Shown here: positions 37,330 to 47,741 of the stretch, in pieces
How the letters are laid out: the number at the start of each line of letters is the position of its first letter
Numbering within the stretch: position 1 is the stretch's first letter
Source of the DNA: Opitutia bacterium
GTDB lineage: Bacteria; Verrucomicrobiota; Verrucomicrobiia; Opitutales; Seribacteraceae
Assembly (NCBI GenBank): GCA_038121045.1
Contig: JAYOMW010000002.1
Location: forward strand, 1-57,791
Direction: 5' to 3'
Length of the DNA stretch: 57,791 bases
The notes under the pieces: model-generated
The model's input: the letters and a program-made list of their open reading frames with translations, nothing else
The model's database searches: none
Told to the model about the DNA's origin: nothing
Position numbers and translations under genes: made by a program

Positions 37330-38394
37330 ATGGCAAACCAGAATCAATCACTCGGAAAGGTTCCTGAGAGAGCCAAAAAAAGAGCGGCTCAGGTAAACAT
37401 GATGCAACGCAGCGTCGAGGAAATGGGCAAGTTCGACAACGCTTCCGCAACCTCCGTCAACATGGGCATTACGGCAGCCATCGGCTTGGGTATTATGGTT
37501 GTTTTTTACCTATTTTTGTTGGTTTTCCTGCTTTCGGATTCAACCCGGATTTTTTACGAATATTTTTATGAAAGGGGATGGGTGCCCTATGTCGTCACTT
37601 ATCTTGCCTGTTGGTCCTTTGCCATTTTGTGGATCAAGCGTCAAAAGCTGAAAGGGCAGCTCAACATCATGCAGTTCAAGCTTTTGCCCGAGGATATCGG
37701 GCGGGATATCAAAGTGGAGAACCTGCAGCACTTCGGAGCTCACATCAACCGCTTGGGCTTTGATCCCAGGCAAAGCTTTTTATTGACCCGGATTCTGCGG
37801 GGCTTGGAGCATTTTGGAGTTCGAAGAAATCATACGGCAACCGCCGATATGCTCAAATCCCAATCGGAGATTGATGCGACCATGGTCGATTCGAGCTACG
37901 TTCTGATCAAGGTCTTCATTTGGGCCATCCCCATACTGGGTTTCATCGGAACGGTTTTGGGCATCAGTGACGCCGTCTCCAGTTTTGGCAGTTCGGAAGG
38001 AGGAATGCAGGATCTGGATGAGATAAGAGAGCAACTAGGCAAAGTTACCGGAGGTCTCAGCACTGCCTTCGATACCACTTTGGTCTCCTTGATTTTCAGT
38101 TTGTGCGTCATGTTTCCCACAAGCATCATGCAAAAAAGGGAGGAAGACCTCCTGAACAAAGTGGATGAGTATTGCAACGAATACTTTCTCAAAAGACTGC
38201 GCGAACCCATGGGATCGGTCCCTGTGGAGAGCGGAGAGTCGGGAGACGGTTCTTTGATTCAAAGGGCGGAGAACTTGCAAGCCTATCTCTTGCAAGTGCA
38301 GGAATCACAAGCCGTGGTCGCTCAGCAGATGAGCCAAATTGCTCATCATTTTCAGCAATTGATGGAGAATTCAGTCGGGGAAGAGGATCGCTGA
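37330..38394 (+). CDS. MotA/TolQ/ExbB proton-channel family protein
   Basis: AIPILGFIGTVLGI and GGLSTAFDTT motifs; four hydrophobic helices. Confidence 0.88.
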   Translation: MANQNQSLGKVPERAKKRAAQVNMMQRSVEEMGKFDNASATSVNMGITAAIGLGIMVVFYLFLLVFLLSDSTRIFYEYFYERGWVPYVVTYLACWSFAILWIKRQKLKGQLNIMQFKLLPEDIGRDIKVENLQHFGAHINRLGFDPRQSFLLTRILRGLEHFGVRRNHTATADMLKSQSEIDATMVDSSYVLIKVFIWAIPILGFIGTVLGISDAVSSFGSSEGGMQDLDEIREQLGKVTGGLSTAFDTTLVSLIFSLCVMFPTSIMQKREEDLLNKVDEYCNEYFLKRLREPMGSVPVESGESGDGSLIQRAENLQAYLLQVQESQAVVAQQMSQIAHHFQQLMENSVGEEDR

Positions 38395-38420
38395 TCCGTG
38401 CTTGCTTTTGATTTTCCGAG

Positions 38421-39419
38421 GTGAAAAAAAAGAAGAACGATCTGCAGGTATCGCTCTTTCCCTTTTTGAGCATTCTGGCCTGCGTTCTGGGTATTCTGAC
38501 CTTGATGATCATGGGAGTGGTCGTGTCTCAGGTTTCCGACGACGCGGTAAATCAGAAGATTGAGGAGGCTTTCGAAACCGATGACGGCTTCAAGGAAAAA
38601 ATGGAAGAAGAAAAGGCCGCCATTGAGAAGCTCCAGAATGAGATCAATGAAATTAAGAAAAATCCTTCCCGAAAAATCGACCCCAAGAAAAAAGATAAGC
38701 TCAAAGAGGAAATTGCGGCCTTGGAAAAGAAAAAAAAGAGCATTTTGGCTCAAAACAAAAAGCAGAGCGAAATGGTGGCCAACCTCGAAAAAGAGAAGGC
38801 GAAGATAAGTGCCGAAGTAGCCAAGCTTACCAAGGAACTGGCCGAAACCGAAGAGGAATGGGAGAAGATGAAGGATCCCGGTAAGCTGGTAAAAATGAAG
38901 GTCAAGCAAAGCGGGTCGGGCGCCGGGGGTGATTTGGAACCCACCTTCATCGAGTGCCGAAGCGAAGGGATCAAGATATACAAAGGAAAGGACGTTGCTT
39001 TCGAGGTCAAAACGGCGGCCATTTCCAATGATCCAAAACTGCAGAACTTGGTCAAAGCCTTGGCCAAGGAAGCTCCGTACCGCACCTGGTTCAGCGCTCA
39101 AGGCACGCCGATGGATGCCCGTTACCTCAAGCGCGAAGGCCCAATGATCTACCTCAAGGACAAGAATGGCAGGGAACTAAAGTTTTCGAGCCTGAAGTTA
39201 TCGAAAGCCTCCCAGCAAATTGCCGCCAAGTACGAAATTGCCCGTAAGGCAAAGAGGCCCGATCCGGAAGCCCGCTTCATTATTTTTCTTATTCGCAGCA
39301 ATGGGTTTTCATCGTGGACGAAGGCCGTGCAGGTTTGCGCCAAGTTTGACTGCAGGTATGGACAGATTCCTCTCGATGGGGAAGGGGAAATCGATCTTTC
39401 TCTCTTTGCGGGTCCATGA
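38421..39419 (+). CDS. ExbD/TolR-like protein A (TM lacks Asp; coiled coil; SHD1-like insertion)
   Basis: KKKK..SLFPFLSILACVLGILTLMI; coiled coil; PTFIEC...FLIRSNG domain interrupted by RTWFSAQG...LSKASQQIA. Confidence 0.7.
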   Translation: MKKKKNDLQVSLFPFLSILACVLGILTLMIMGVVVSQVSDDAVNQKIEEAFETDDGFKEKMEEEKAAIEKLQNEINEIKKNPSRKIDPKKKDKLKEEIAALEKKKKSILAQNKKQSEMVANLEKEKAKISAEVAKLTKELAETEEEWEKMKDPGKLVKMKVKQSGSGAGGDLEPTFIECRSEGIKIYKGKDVAFEVKTAAISNDPKLQNLVKALAKEAPYRTWFSAQGTPMDARYLKREGPMIYLKDKNGRELKFSSLKLSKASQQIAAKYEIARKAKRPDPEARFIIFLIRSNGFSSWTKAVQVCAKFDCRYGQIPLDGEGEIDLSLFAGP

Positions 39420-40501
39420 GGAAGAGAAAGAAAGAAGAAGGCCCAAGCTTGGATTCCCTTCTCGATACCATGACGACGGTCGTGGGCATCATGATCGTAA
39501 TTTTGATTGTGGTTCAGTTGGGGGCCGATTCCGCCGTCAAGGAATACGTCGAAAGGGAAAAGGCGGCGAACTCCCAAAAATTGGAGGAGGATGCCATGAA
39601 GCATTACTTGAAGCAAAAAGCCACCCTGCTCGAGCAAAAGGAAAACCTGCAAATGAGTCTGGCGACCCAAAACAAGGAGGACCAAAAGCTGATCCGGGAA
39701 ATTGCGGCTCTCGAAAAGGCTTTGACCGAAACCCGGTCCTCGATGCCCAAGAGTTTGAAACCTCCGCCGTCGATTCAAGCCGAAAAAAAGAAGGAGGAAG
39801 ACAAGAAAAAGACCATCGAAGTTAAACTCAAAAAAATCAAGGGTTTGCTTGCCAAAGCTCCCAAGCCTTCCTCCGAAAGCCTGAGCAAGGACGTGAATTT
39901 ACCCGACCCGAAACCCGCTCCTCCGAATGCGAAGCCTTTTCGTTTTCTTTGCCGAGGCGGTAAAATCTATCCCATTGACGACAACCGCTTGATCGGTCGG
40001 GTGACGCAGGAACTCAAAAAAGCCGGCCTTAATCCGAACAAGGCCAAGGAGTATGACGGGAAAAAAGTTCTGGCGCATTTTTTAAAGGCAAAACCCGGAG
40101 ATCCTTTTTTTCAGGCCATCCCGCGCATCGATGCGAACAAACGGATTATCTTTGATTTGCGTAAGAAGACCGGAGCGGGTGAGGATGAAACGGCTTTGAC
40201 CAAGAGCAACTCAAAGTACGTGGCCGCCCTAAATTCAATCACCCCCAAAAGTCATTATCTTCAATTCGAAGTCCATGCGGATAGTTTTGCCACCTATCTT
40301 TCCGCTCGCCAAATTGCGAGCAAGCGGAATTTTCCCGCCGGATGGAAACCCATAAGCAGGGGGCCGCAGACCGACAGCACGCTTTCCTTGTGGAACATTT
40401 ACGACTTGGGTCGGTCGGCTCTCCTTGCTTCCAAGCCACCTCCACCCAAGCCAAGTGGCAAGCCTGCTCCCCCGAAAAAACCGACGAACGTTTTGGACTA
40501 G
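39416..40501 (+). CDS. ExbD/TolR-like protein B (TM Asp present; coiled coil)
   Basis: [25 protein letters not shown]; coiled coil; LPDPKPAP; FEVHADSF...AGWKP. Confidence 0.72.
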   Translation: MRKRKKEEGPSLDSLLDTMTTVVGIMIVILIVVQLGADSAVKEYVEREKAANSQKLEEDAMKHYLKQKATLLEQKENLQMSLATQNKEDQKLIREIAALEKALTETRSSMPKSLKPPPSIQAEKKKEEDKKKTIEVKLKKIKGLLAKAPKPSSESLSKDVNLPDPKPAPPNAKPFRFLCRGGKIYPIDDNRLIGRVTQELKKAGLNPNKAKEYDGKKVLAHFLKAKPGDPFFQAIPRIDANKRIIFDLRKKTGAGEDETALTKSNSKYVAALNSITPKSHYLQFEVHADSFATYLSARQIASKRNFPAGWKPISRGPQTDSTLSLWNIYDLGRSALLASKPPPPKPSGKPAPPKKPTNVLD

Positions 40502-42066
40502 AGAGCCCGGAATCCCGTTTCCAGGGGTGCTTCGCCCGGGACCCGCTCGAAACTTTCCGGTTGATTGACGGACAGGTTTTCCAAAATCTTGAATACCCAT
40601 CCCGCTTTGTCCGGAAACCCGGTTGCCTGAGCGACTTGTTCGGCGGTCATGACCTCGCCTTTTTTCCCAAGCAGGTGATCGCGAATGGCTTTCCGTACTT
40701 CCAAAACCGATGCGGCTGCCTTTTTGCCGGCTTCCACACCCGGTTGATGGTAGGCATTGATCCCGACTAGGGAAGCATACAGACCGACCGCCCGCTCGAA
40801 CAAGGCGATGAGGGCACCGACGCTTGCCGGGTTGACTTCCTTGATGGTCAAGGTGATCGATTTGCGTTCCTTTTCGTAAAGGGCGTCTCTAGTACCCAGA
40901 AAGAAACCGTGCAGATAATCTCCCGAGTTCATTCCGTCCTCGTCCACCTCTGGTCCGTCCCCATCCCGGTGCCTGAGCACCTCGATGAAAGTAGCGAAGA
41001 AATTAGGCACCCCTTCCCGCAATTGCTGGACGTAGGCATGCTGATCGGTCGAGCCCTTGTTGCCGTAGACCGCAATCCCCTGGTGCACGACGTTTCCCTG
41101 CAGATCTTTCTCTTTGCCTAGCGATTCCATCACGAGCTGCTGAAGGTACTTGGCAAAGAGTTCGAGCCGGTCCTTGTAGGGGAGAATGACCATGTCGCGG
41201 GAACCTTTTCCGTCCGTCAGGTAATGCCAGGAAAGAGCCAGCATGGCCGCGGGGTTCTTTCTGAAATTGTCTTGGCGGGTTATTTCATCCATTTGCCCCG
41301 CGCCTTCGAGGAGTTGATCGACGTCGATGCCCTGGAGCGCGGCGGGCATCAACCCGACGGCTGCGGTTTCGCTCGTTCTGCCACCCACCCAATCCCACAT
41401 CGGGAGAAAATCCAACCAGCCATTCCCGGTGGCGTGTTTGTGCAGCCTGCTGCCTTCTCCGGTAATCGCAATTGCTTGTTTGGCAAAATCCAACCCATTG
41501 GCCGCAAACGCGTTTTCGGCCTCCAGCATGCCGTTCCTCGTCTCGGGGGTGCCGCCCGATTTGGAAATGACGAGGGCCAGGGTCGTGGAAAGCCTCGGCC
41601 CGATTTCGGCAAGGGTCAGATCGATCCCGTCGGGATCGGTGTTGTCGAAGAAATGGACGGCGAGCTTGTCGCGGTTTGGATGCCCCAAGGCTTTTCCCAC
41701 AAATTGGGGACCGAGGGCCGAACCGCCGATTCCAATGACCAGAAGATCGGTAAACGGTCCCGCCGGAGCCTGCAGCTCTCCCTGATGGACTTGCTTCGCG
41801 AGATTCTTGACTTTTGCATTTGTCTCCCGGATCGCCTTGCTGATCTCCTCGCTCGGAGCCAGTTCGGGAGATCTGAGCCAGTAGTGTCCGACCATTCGAC
41901 CCTCGTCGGGGTTTGCGATTGCGCCTCCTTCAAGCTCTTGCATGGATGCCAATGCCTGCTCGGCGTTGTTCGCCATCGAGTCCAAGTACTCTTCGGGAAA
42001 ATCAACAAAGGAAAAGTCGGCCCAAAAGTCGGCCTCTTCGAATGACAGATACAAGTCTTTTTTCAT
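40498..42066 (-). CDS. pgi: Glucose-6-phosphate isomerase
   Basis: [44 protein letters not shown]. Confidence 0.96.
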   Translation of the reverse strand: MKKDLYLSFEEADFWADFSFVDFPEEYLDSMANNAEQALASMQELEGGAIANPDEGRMVGHYWLRSPELAPSEEISKAIRETNAKVKNLAKQVHQGELQAPAGPFTDLLVIGIGGSALGPQFVGKALGHPNRDKLAVHFFDNTDPDGIDLTLAEIGPRLSTTLALVISKSGGTPETRNGMLEAENAFAANGLDFAKQAIAITGEGSRLHKHATGNGWLDFLPMWDWVGGRTSETAAVGLMPAALQGIDVDQLLEGAGQMDEITRQDNFRKNPAAMLALSWHYLTDGKGSRDMVILPYKDRLELFAKYLQQLVMESLGKEKDLQGNVVHQGIAVYGNKGSTDQHAYVQQLREGVPNFFATFIEVLRHRDGDGPEVDEDGMNSGDYLHGFFLGTRDALYEKERKSITLTIKEVNPASVGALIALFERAVGLYASLVGINAYHQPGVEAGKKAAASVLEVRKAIRDHLLGKKGEVMTAEQVAQATGFPDKAGWVFKILENLSVNQPESFERVPGEAPLETGFRAL

Positions 42067-42073
42067 GGTTGTG

Positions 42074-43765
42074 TCAAAATTCGTCGGTTATGGCTCCTTG
42101 AGAGGCAGAGCTTACGAGTTTGGCGTATTTGGCCAGCACGCCTCTTTTTTCCTTGGGTTCGGGGCGTACCCAATCGTCTTGGCGTTTTTTGATCTCCTCT
42201 TCGGGTAAGTCGAGCGTGAGCTCGTTCTTTTCCGCATCAATGGTGATGGGATCGCCGTTTTGCAATAAACCCAAGGGCCCACCGATCGCTGCTTCCGGAG
42301 TTACGTGCCCCACGACGAAGCCATGACTGCCCCCGGAGAATCGTCCGTCCGTGATCAAGGCAACTTCCTTGCCCAAGCCTTTGCCCATGATGGCGGAAGT
42401 GGGAGAAAGCATTTCGCGCATCCCCGGTCCGCCGACCGGACCTTCGTTTCGAATCACGACGACGTGACCGGCCTCGACTTCGCCATCCAGAATGCCCTTC
42501 AGGGAAGCCTCCTCCGACTCGTATACGATCGCTTTGCCGGAAAAGCGCAGCCCTTCCTTGCCGGTGATTTTCGCTACCGCGCCTTCCGGGGCGAGGTTCC
42601 CATACAAGATACGCAGGTGACTGTCCCGCTTGATCGGATCGTCGAATGGTCGGACCAAGTCTTGTCCGCCGGGGTAGGGGGCATAAGGTTGCGCGCCTTC
42701 CACGTTCTCCGCAAGAGTCTTGCCGGTGACGGTCATGCAATCTCCGTGCAGTAAGCCTTCTTCTAGCAGAGTTTTGAGCAGGGGACGCAGGCCTCCGATT
42801 CGGACGAAATGGGACATGTTGTATTTGCCGCTTGGTTTGAGATCGCAAAGGACCGGAACCCGTTTGCCTATTTCCGTGAAGTCATCGAGCTCGAGAGGAA
42901 CCCCGGCGGCATGGGCCATGGCCAGCAGATGAAGGACGGCATTGGTCGACCCGCCCAAGGTAATGACCACCGTGATGGCGTTCTCGAAAGCCTTCCTGGT
43001 CATGATGTCACGGGGCTTGATATCCCGTTCGATCAGGTTGAGGACCGCAACCCCTGCCTCTTGGGCGTCTTTGCGCTTGTCCTCGGAAACGGCCAATTGG
43101 GCCGAACTGTCAGGCAAGCTCATGCCAAGAGCCTCGATGGCCGAAGACATGGTGTTTGCCGTATACATTCCACCGCAGGAACCGGGGCCCGGAATGGCCT
43201 TCTTCTCAATCTCCACGAGCTCAGCGTGGTCGATTGCTCCCGATGCATGCGAGCCGACCGCCTCGAAGACGGAAACGATATCCAGGTTCTTGTCCTTGTG
43301 GATGCCGGGCAAAATGGTTCCTCCGTAGACAAAAATACCCGGTCTGTTGAGACGGGCCAAGGCGATTAGGCAGGCCGGCATGTTCTTGTCGCAGCCTCCG
43401 ATAGCGACCACTCCGTCCATTCCTTCCGCTCCGACCACCGTTTCGATCGAATCGGCGATCACTTCCCTGGAAACCAAGGAGTATCTCATTCCGGGGGTTC
43501 CCATGCTTATTCCGTCGGAAACGGTTATGGTGCCGAAGGGAACGGCCTTTCCTCCTGCTTGATCGACCCCCTCCACCGAAGCTTTGCCCAATTCGTCCAA
43601 ATGGGAGTTGCATGGGGTGACCATGCTCCAGGCAGAGCAAACGGCGACTTGAGGTTTGGCAAAGTCCTCGTCCTCGAAACCCACGGCCCGAAGCATCGAA
43701 CGGTTGGGAGCTCGGTCATCTCCATCAACCACGATGGAAGAAAAATTTCGGTTACAACTACTCAT
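42074..43765 (-). CDS. ilvD: Dihydroxy-acid dehydratase
   Basis: [43 protein letters not shown]. Confidence 0.97.
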   Translation of the reverse strand: MSSCNRNFSSIVVDGDDRAPNRSMLRAVGFEDEDFAKPQVAVCSAWSMVTPCNSHLDELGKASVEGVDQAGGKAVPFGTITVSDGISMGTPGMRYSLVSREVIADSIETVVGAEGMDGVVAIGGCDKNMPACLIALARLNRPGIFVYGGTILPGIHKDKNLDIVSVFEAVGSHASGAIDHAELVEIEKKAIPGPGSCGGMYTANTMSSAIEALGMSLPDSSAQLAVSEDKRKDAQEAGVAVLNLIERDIKPRDIMTRKAFENAITVVITLGGSTNAVLHLLAMAHAAGVPLELDDFTEIGKRVPVLCDLKPSGKYNMSHFVRIGGLRPLLKTLLEEGLLHGDCMTVTGKTLAENVEGAQPYAPYPGGQDLVRPFDDPIKRDSHLRILYGNLAPEGAVAKITGKEGLRFSGKAIVYESEEASLKGILDGEVEAGHVVVIRNEGPVGGPGMREMLSPTSAIMGKGLGKEVALITDGRFSGGSHGFVVGHVTPEAAIGGPLGLLQNGDPITIDAEKNELTLDLPEEEIKKRQDDWVRPEPKEKRGVLAKYAKLVSSASQGAITDEF

Positions 43766-43858
43766 AATTTTGATTAAGATTGAAGGAGTAGAGAATATCA
43801 GGTTGTATAAGAGGTGGCGAACACAAACCTATTCTCTTAACTGCGTAACATTCTTTTT

Positions 43859-44938
43859 TTGGAAAAACCAAGCCTAGAGTCCCTGAGGGATGAAATCGAC
43901 GAGATCGACTCTCAAATCGTTCGTCTACTCAATCAACGCGTGCGAGCGGCTGTTGAAATTGGGCGTATCAAGGATGAGTTGGGTGTCGACCCATACGATC
44001 CGGCCCGAGAGGAAGAAGTTTTCAAAAAACTTCAGGCCCTGAACACCGGACCCATGCAAGGGGATTCCCTTCGGACGATTTACCGGGAAGTGATCTCCGC
44101 CTCCATCGCTTTGGAGAAATCGTTGGTCATTGGATTTCTCGGTCCCGAGGCAACCTATACCCATCAAGCGGCGATAAAGAATTTTGGGGCGACTCTTTCC
44201 TACCGTCCGTTGCCTGATATCCCGGACGTCTTTGAGTCGGTCGAGCAAGGGGAATGCGATTACGGGGTGGTTCCCATCGAGAATTCGACCGAAGGGGCGG
44301 TCAACCGCTCGCTCGATTTGCTGGCAGAGACCGAACTGCGTATCGTCTCCCAAGTTTTCCTCAAGGTCGAACATTGCCTGCTCAGTCTCTCGCCGCTTGA
44401 TGAAATCGAGGAGGTCCGGTCGAAAGATCAGGCTTTGGCGCAATGCGGAGAATGGTTGAGGCGGAACCTGCCGAAGGCCCGGTTGATTCCCGTTTCAAGC
44501 ACTGCGGAGGCGGTGCTTGAATGCAAGACGAGAAAGACAAGCGGCGCCATCGCAGGGAAATTGGCCGGCGGAATCAACGAGGTGCCGATGCAGGCGGAAG
44601 GCATTCAGGATCGGAAGAACAATACGACCCGTTTTCTCGTCGTTGCCCGCCAATCTTTGCCGAAAAGGGAGAACGTAGTGTATCGAACGAGCCTTGTTCT
44701 TTCTCTTTCCGATCAGGTGGGAGCTCTTCAAAATGCCCTGAAGCCTTTTTCGGAAAGAGGTTTGAATTTGTGCAAAATAGAATCCCGTCCCAGTGGGAAA
44801 AAGAAGTGGGATTATTATTTCTTCGTCGATTTCATAGGTCACCGGGATGATGAAAAGGTCGTGGAGGTGATGCAGGAGTTGGAGAAGAGTACCTCTTTTG
44901 TCAAGCATCTCGGGAGCTACCCGGAGAATTCGAGCTAG
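43859..44938 (+). CDS. pheA: Chorismate mutase / prephenate dehydratase (P-protein)
   Basis: LRDEIDEID; FLGPEATYT; PIENSTEG; NTTRF; ESRP; LGSYP. Confidence 0.95.
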   Translation: MEKPSLESLRDEIDEIDSQIVRLLNQRVRAAVEIGRIKDELGVDPYDPAREEEVFKKLQALNTGPMQGDSLRTIYREVISASIALEKSLVIGFLGPEATYTHQAAIKNFGATLSYRPLPDIPDVFESVEQGECDYGVVPIENSTEGAVNRSLDLLAETELRIVSQVFLKVEHCLLSLSPLDEIEEVRSKDQALAQCGEWLRRNLPKARLIPVSSTAEAVLECKTRKTSGAIAGKLAGGINEVPMQAEGIQDRKNNTTRFLVVARQSLPKRENVVYRTSLVLSLSDQVGALQNALKPFSERGLNLCKIESRPSGKKKWDYYFFVDFIGHRDDEKVVEVMQELEKSTSFVKHLGSYPENSS

Positions 44939-44947
44939 AATTCCGCC

Positions 44948-45448
44948 TCAGAAGAAGAGGACGGCAAGGTCTTGGTCCGCACTGGCATAACGCATGACCA
45001 AGCTTTCGATGAATGACCTGAGTTCCTGATATTCACGCTCTTTTTTAGCGGTCCATCGTTTGCCCCCTCTGAGCAAGGATTCGCGCAAGCCCGAGACCAG
45101 GAGCAACCCGCGCACCTTTCCCTGGAAGGACTTGATGAAATCGAGAACCGAAGCTCTTACCCACAGTGGGTCGATTGAAACGGCCCGGGCATTCCAATGA
45201 GTGAAGGGAAAGCTCCGGTCCTGCGGAAAATGAAAGCGAACCACCTGTTCGATGCAGTGCTCGAAGGATTTGACGGACATTTGGGCGTCTTCGTCGTTTT
45301 CCCTCATGAAGGAAAGAGTTCTCTGGAGTTGCAGAGTCTCCTCGCTGGTCGAAGAACTTCCAATGACCGAGAAGAGGGCATTGAGGTTCTGAAGCCTTGT
45401 GTAATCGTCCCGTTTAGTCGCTGTCTTCGTCACCCTTGTTTCCACCAT
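44948..45448 (-). CDS. Hypothetical protein overlapping the end of nrdR
   Basis: Globular-looking ORF filling the space to pheA; start uncertain (ATG 45448 or GTG 45433). Confidence 0.7.
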   Translation of the reverse strand: MVETRVTKTATKRDDYTRLQNLNALFSVIGSSSTSEETLQLQRTLSFMRENDEDAQMSVKSFEHCIEQVVRFHFPQDRSFPFTHWNARAVSIDPLWVRASVLDFIKSFQGKVRGLLLVSGLRESLLRGGKRWTAKKEREYQELRSFIESLVMRYASADQDLAVLFF

Positions 45449-45887
45449 CCAAGTTGAGGATTTCCTCGGCAAACCGAGACAACTCCATGAAATCCTCATA
45501 AAAACTGGCGTATCTTAGCCAAGCGATGCCGTCGACTTTGCGCAACCTGTGCATAATCGCATCGGCAATTGCCCGGGTCGGAACTTCACTGTCGAACTCG
45601 TTCTCGATCCGGCGCAAGGTTTCGGAAAGCAAGGCGTTGATTTGCTCGGCGTCGATCGGCCTCTTGGCAATCGCGCGTCTCAAGCCCATGGCCAGTTTTG
45701 TTCGATCAAAGCTCTCTCTCCTGCCGTCTCTCTTCACCACTGCGAGGTCTTCGTGCAAGACCTCCTCAATGGTCGAAAAACGATGCCCGCACTCCAGGCA
45801 AACTCTTCGCCTGCGAGTCGAAGCAACCTTGCCGGCTCTCGTCTCGAGAACCTTCAGGTCATCCGATGAGCACTTAGGACAGCGCAT
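45414..45887 (-). CDS. nrdR: Transcriptional repressor NrdR
   Basis: MRCPKC...RRRRVCLECGHRFST.E; ATP-cone VVKRDGRRE; RYAS.Y. Confidence 0.95.
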   Translation of the reverse strand: MRCPKCSSDDLKVLETRAGKVASTRRRRVCLECGHRFSTIEEVLHEDLAVVKRDGRRESFDRTKLAMGLRRAIAKRPIDAEQINALLSETLRRIENEFDSEVPTRAIADAIMHRLRKVDGIAWLRYASFYEDFMELSRFAEEILNLDGGNKGDEDSD

Positions 45888-45925
45888 CAATGATCAAGGA
45901 TTCCATATACCACACATTTATATGT

Positions 45926-46495
45926 CTAACAGAATTCAAGGAAGTTCTTCAAGATCATAATTCCTTTTTCGGTGGCAAGGGATTCTGGATGGAACTGAAC
46001 GCCCCAAACGGGGAGGTCTTTGTGTCTGATTCCCATGATTTCCCCCTCGTCCGTATGAGCGGTGATGGCAAGGCAATCGGGCAAAGACGACGATTCCACC
46101 ACAAGAGAATGATAGCGGGTCGCGACGAGAGGGGTGGGAAGATCCTTGAACAATTCCGCCCCATCGTGCCTGACGGGGGAAGTCTTGCCATGCATCAGTT
46201 TGGAGGCTCGGACGATTTTCCCCCCGAAGGCTTGCCCAATGCATTGGTGCCCGAGGCAAACCCCGAAAAGTGGTTTTTTTCCGGCCCATTCGAGCACCGC
46301 GGGCAAGCTGACGCCCGCTCGGTCGGGATCACAGGGGCCAGGTGAGAGCACTAGCCCATGGTATTCGTCTACGGTGATTTGCCTCAGGGCTTTCGCATCA
46401 TTTCTCAAGACTTCGCACTCCGCACCGAGTTCGCCGAAGTACTGTACCAAATTGTAGGTAAAGGAATCGTAGTTGTCTATGACGAGCAGGCGCAT
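45926..46495 (-). CDS. trpG: Anthranilate/aminodeoxychorismate synthase glutamine amidotransferase subunit (TrpG/PabA)
   Basis: [33 protein letters not shown]. Confidence 0.9.
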   Translation of the reverse strand: MRLLVIDNYDSFTYNLVQYFGELGAECEVLRNDAKALRQITVDEYHGLVLSPGPCDPDRAGVSLPAVLEWAGKKPLFGVCLGHQCIGQAFGGKIVRASKLMHGKTSPVRHDGAELFKDLPTPLVATRYHSLVVESSSLPDCLAITAHTDEGEIMGIRHKDLPVWGVQFHPESLATEKGIMILKNFLEFC

Positions 46496-46505
46496 CTTTG
46501 CCTTG

Positions 46506-47729
46506 TCAACCTTCGTAGTTTTGCTTCCGGAATCTTTCCTTGAGCCTCAGGGAGTTGAGGCGGATGAATCCACCCGCATCCTCCGGTTTGTAATCGCTTT
46601 CATCGTCATCCATGGAGGCAATGCTTTCGTCGTAAAGGGAATATTCCGACTTTCGCCCGACCGTGGTGACGCCACCCTTGTAAAGTTTCAGGCGCACCGT
46701 CCCGGAAGTCGTGGACTGGCTTTGGTCGATCAATGCCTGGAGGGCTTCCCTCTCGGGCGCGTACCAAAAACCGTAGTAGATCAGTTCCCCGTATCTCGGG
46801 ATCAAGGAATCCCTTAGGTGCATCAAGTCACGGTCCATGGTCAAGGTTTCAAGTTGGCGGTGGGCATGAAGGAGGACGGTTCCTCCCGGGGTTTCGTATA
46901 CTCCTCGACTTTTCATCCCGACAAACCGGTTCTCCACCAAGTCCACCCGCCCGATTCCGTGTTCCCCGGCTATCTTGTTGAGCTTGCGGATGATTTCGGC
47001 CGGCGAATCGGTTTTTCCGTCGATGGCCACGCAGTTGCCTTTTTCGAAGGTCAACTCCAGATAGAGGGGCGTATCCGGGGCTAATTCCGGATCCACCGTA
47101 AGCTTGTACATGTCACGGTTTTCCGGAGTGGTCGGGTCAAACCAAGGATCCTCCAAAATGCCGGCTTCGTATGAAATGTGCCAGAGGTTCCGGTCCATGG
47201 AGTAAGGTTTGGAGGCGCTTGCCTCCACGTCGATTTTGTGCTCGGCGCAATACTCGATCATTTCCTTGCGTCCGGGAAATTTTTCCCTGAACGAAGCGTC
47301 CCTCCAAGGAGCGAGAATTCGCAAGTCGGGGGCGAGGGCGGAAAAAGTGAGTTCGAATCTGCATTGGTCGTTTCCTTTGCCGGTTGCCCCGTGGGCTACT
47401 GCATTGGCTCCGAATTCCCGGGCCATCTCGATCTGCGCCTTGGCGATAAGAGGGCGTGCTATCGAGGTCCCGAGAAGGTATTGGGATTCGTAAACGGCAT
47501 TCCCCCGAACCATCGGATAAATGAAGTCGTCGGCAAACTCATCCACCAGGTCCAGCGTTCGGTGGGCACTGGCCCCGGTCGAGAGGGCTTTTTCCTCGAG
47601 ACCGTCGAGTTCTTCCTCTTGTCCAACGTCGGCGCAGTAGGTGATGACCTCCGCATTTTGTTCGTTGGCGTACCAGTGGACGAGGACGGAAGTGTCCAAA
47701 CCTCCCGAATAGGCAAGTATGATTTTCAT
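46506..47729 (-). CDS. argG: Argininosuccinate synthase
   Basis: [36 protein letters not shown]. Confidence 0.97.
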   Translation of the reverse strand: MKIILAYSGGLDTSVLVHWYANEQNAEVITYCADVGQEEELDGLEEKALSTGASAHRTLDLVDEFADDFIYPMVRGNAVYESQYLLGTSIARPLIAKAQIEMAREFGANAVAHGATGKGNDQCRFELTFSALAPDLRILAPWRDASFREKFPGRKEMIEYCAEHKIDVEASASKPYSMDRNLWHISYEAGILEDPWFDPTTPENRDMYKLTVDPELAPDTPLYLELTFEKGNCVAIDGKTDSPAEIIRKLNKIAGEHGIGRVDLVENRFVGMKSRGVYETPGGTVLLHAHRQLETLTMDRDLMHLRDSLIPRYGELIYYGFWYAPEREALQALIDQSQSTTSGTVRLKLYKGGVTTVGRKSEYSLYDESIASMDDDESDYKPEDAGGFIRLNSLRLKERFRKQNYEG

Positions 47730-47741
47730 GAGTGACGAGGG

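Noticed and set aside
37330-40501. Zorya (ZorAB) or flagellar stator
   Set aside because: No long ZorA tail, no OmpA/peptidoglycan-binding domain in either partner, and no zorC/D/E or flagellar genes nearby.
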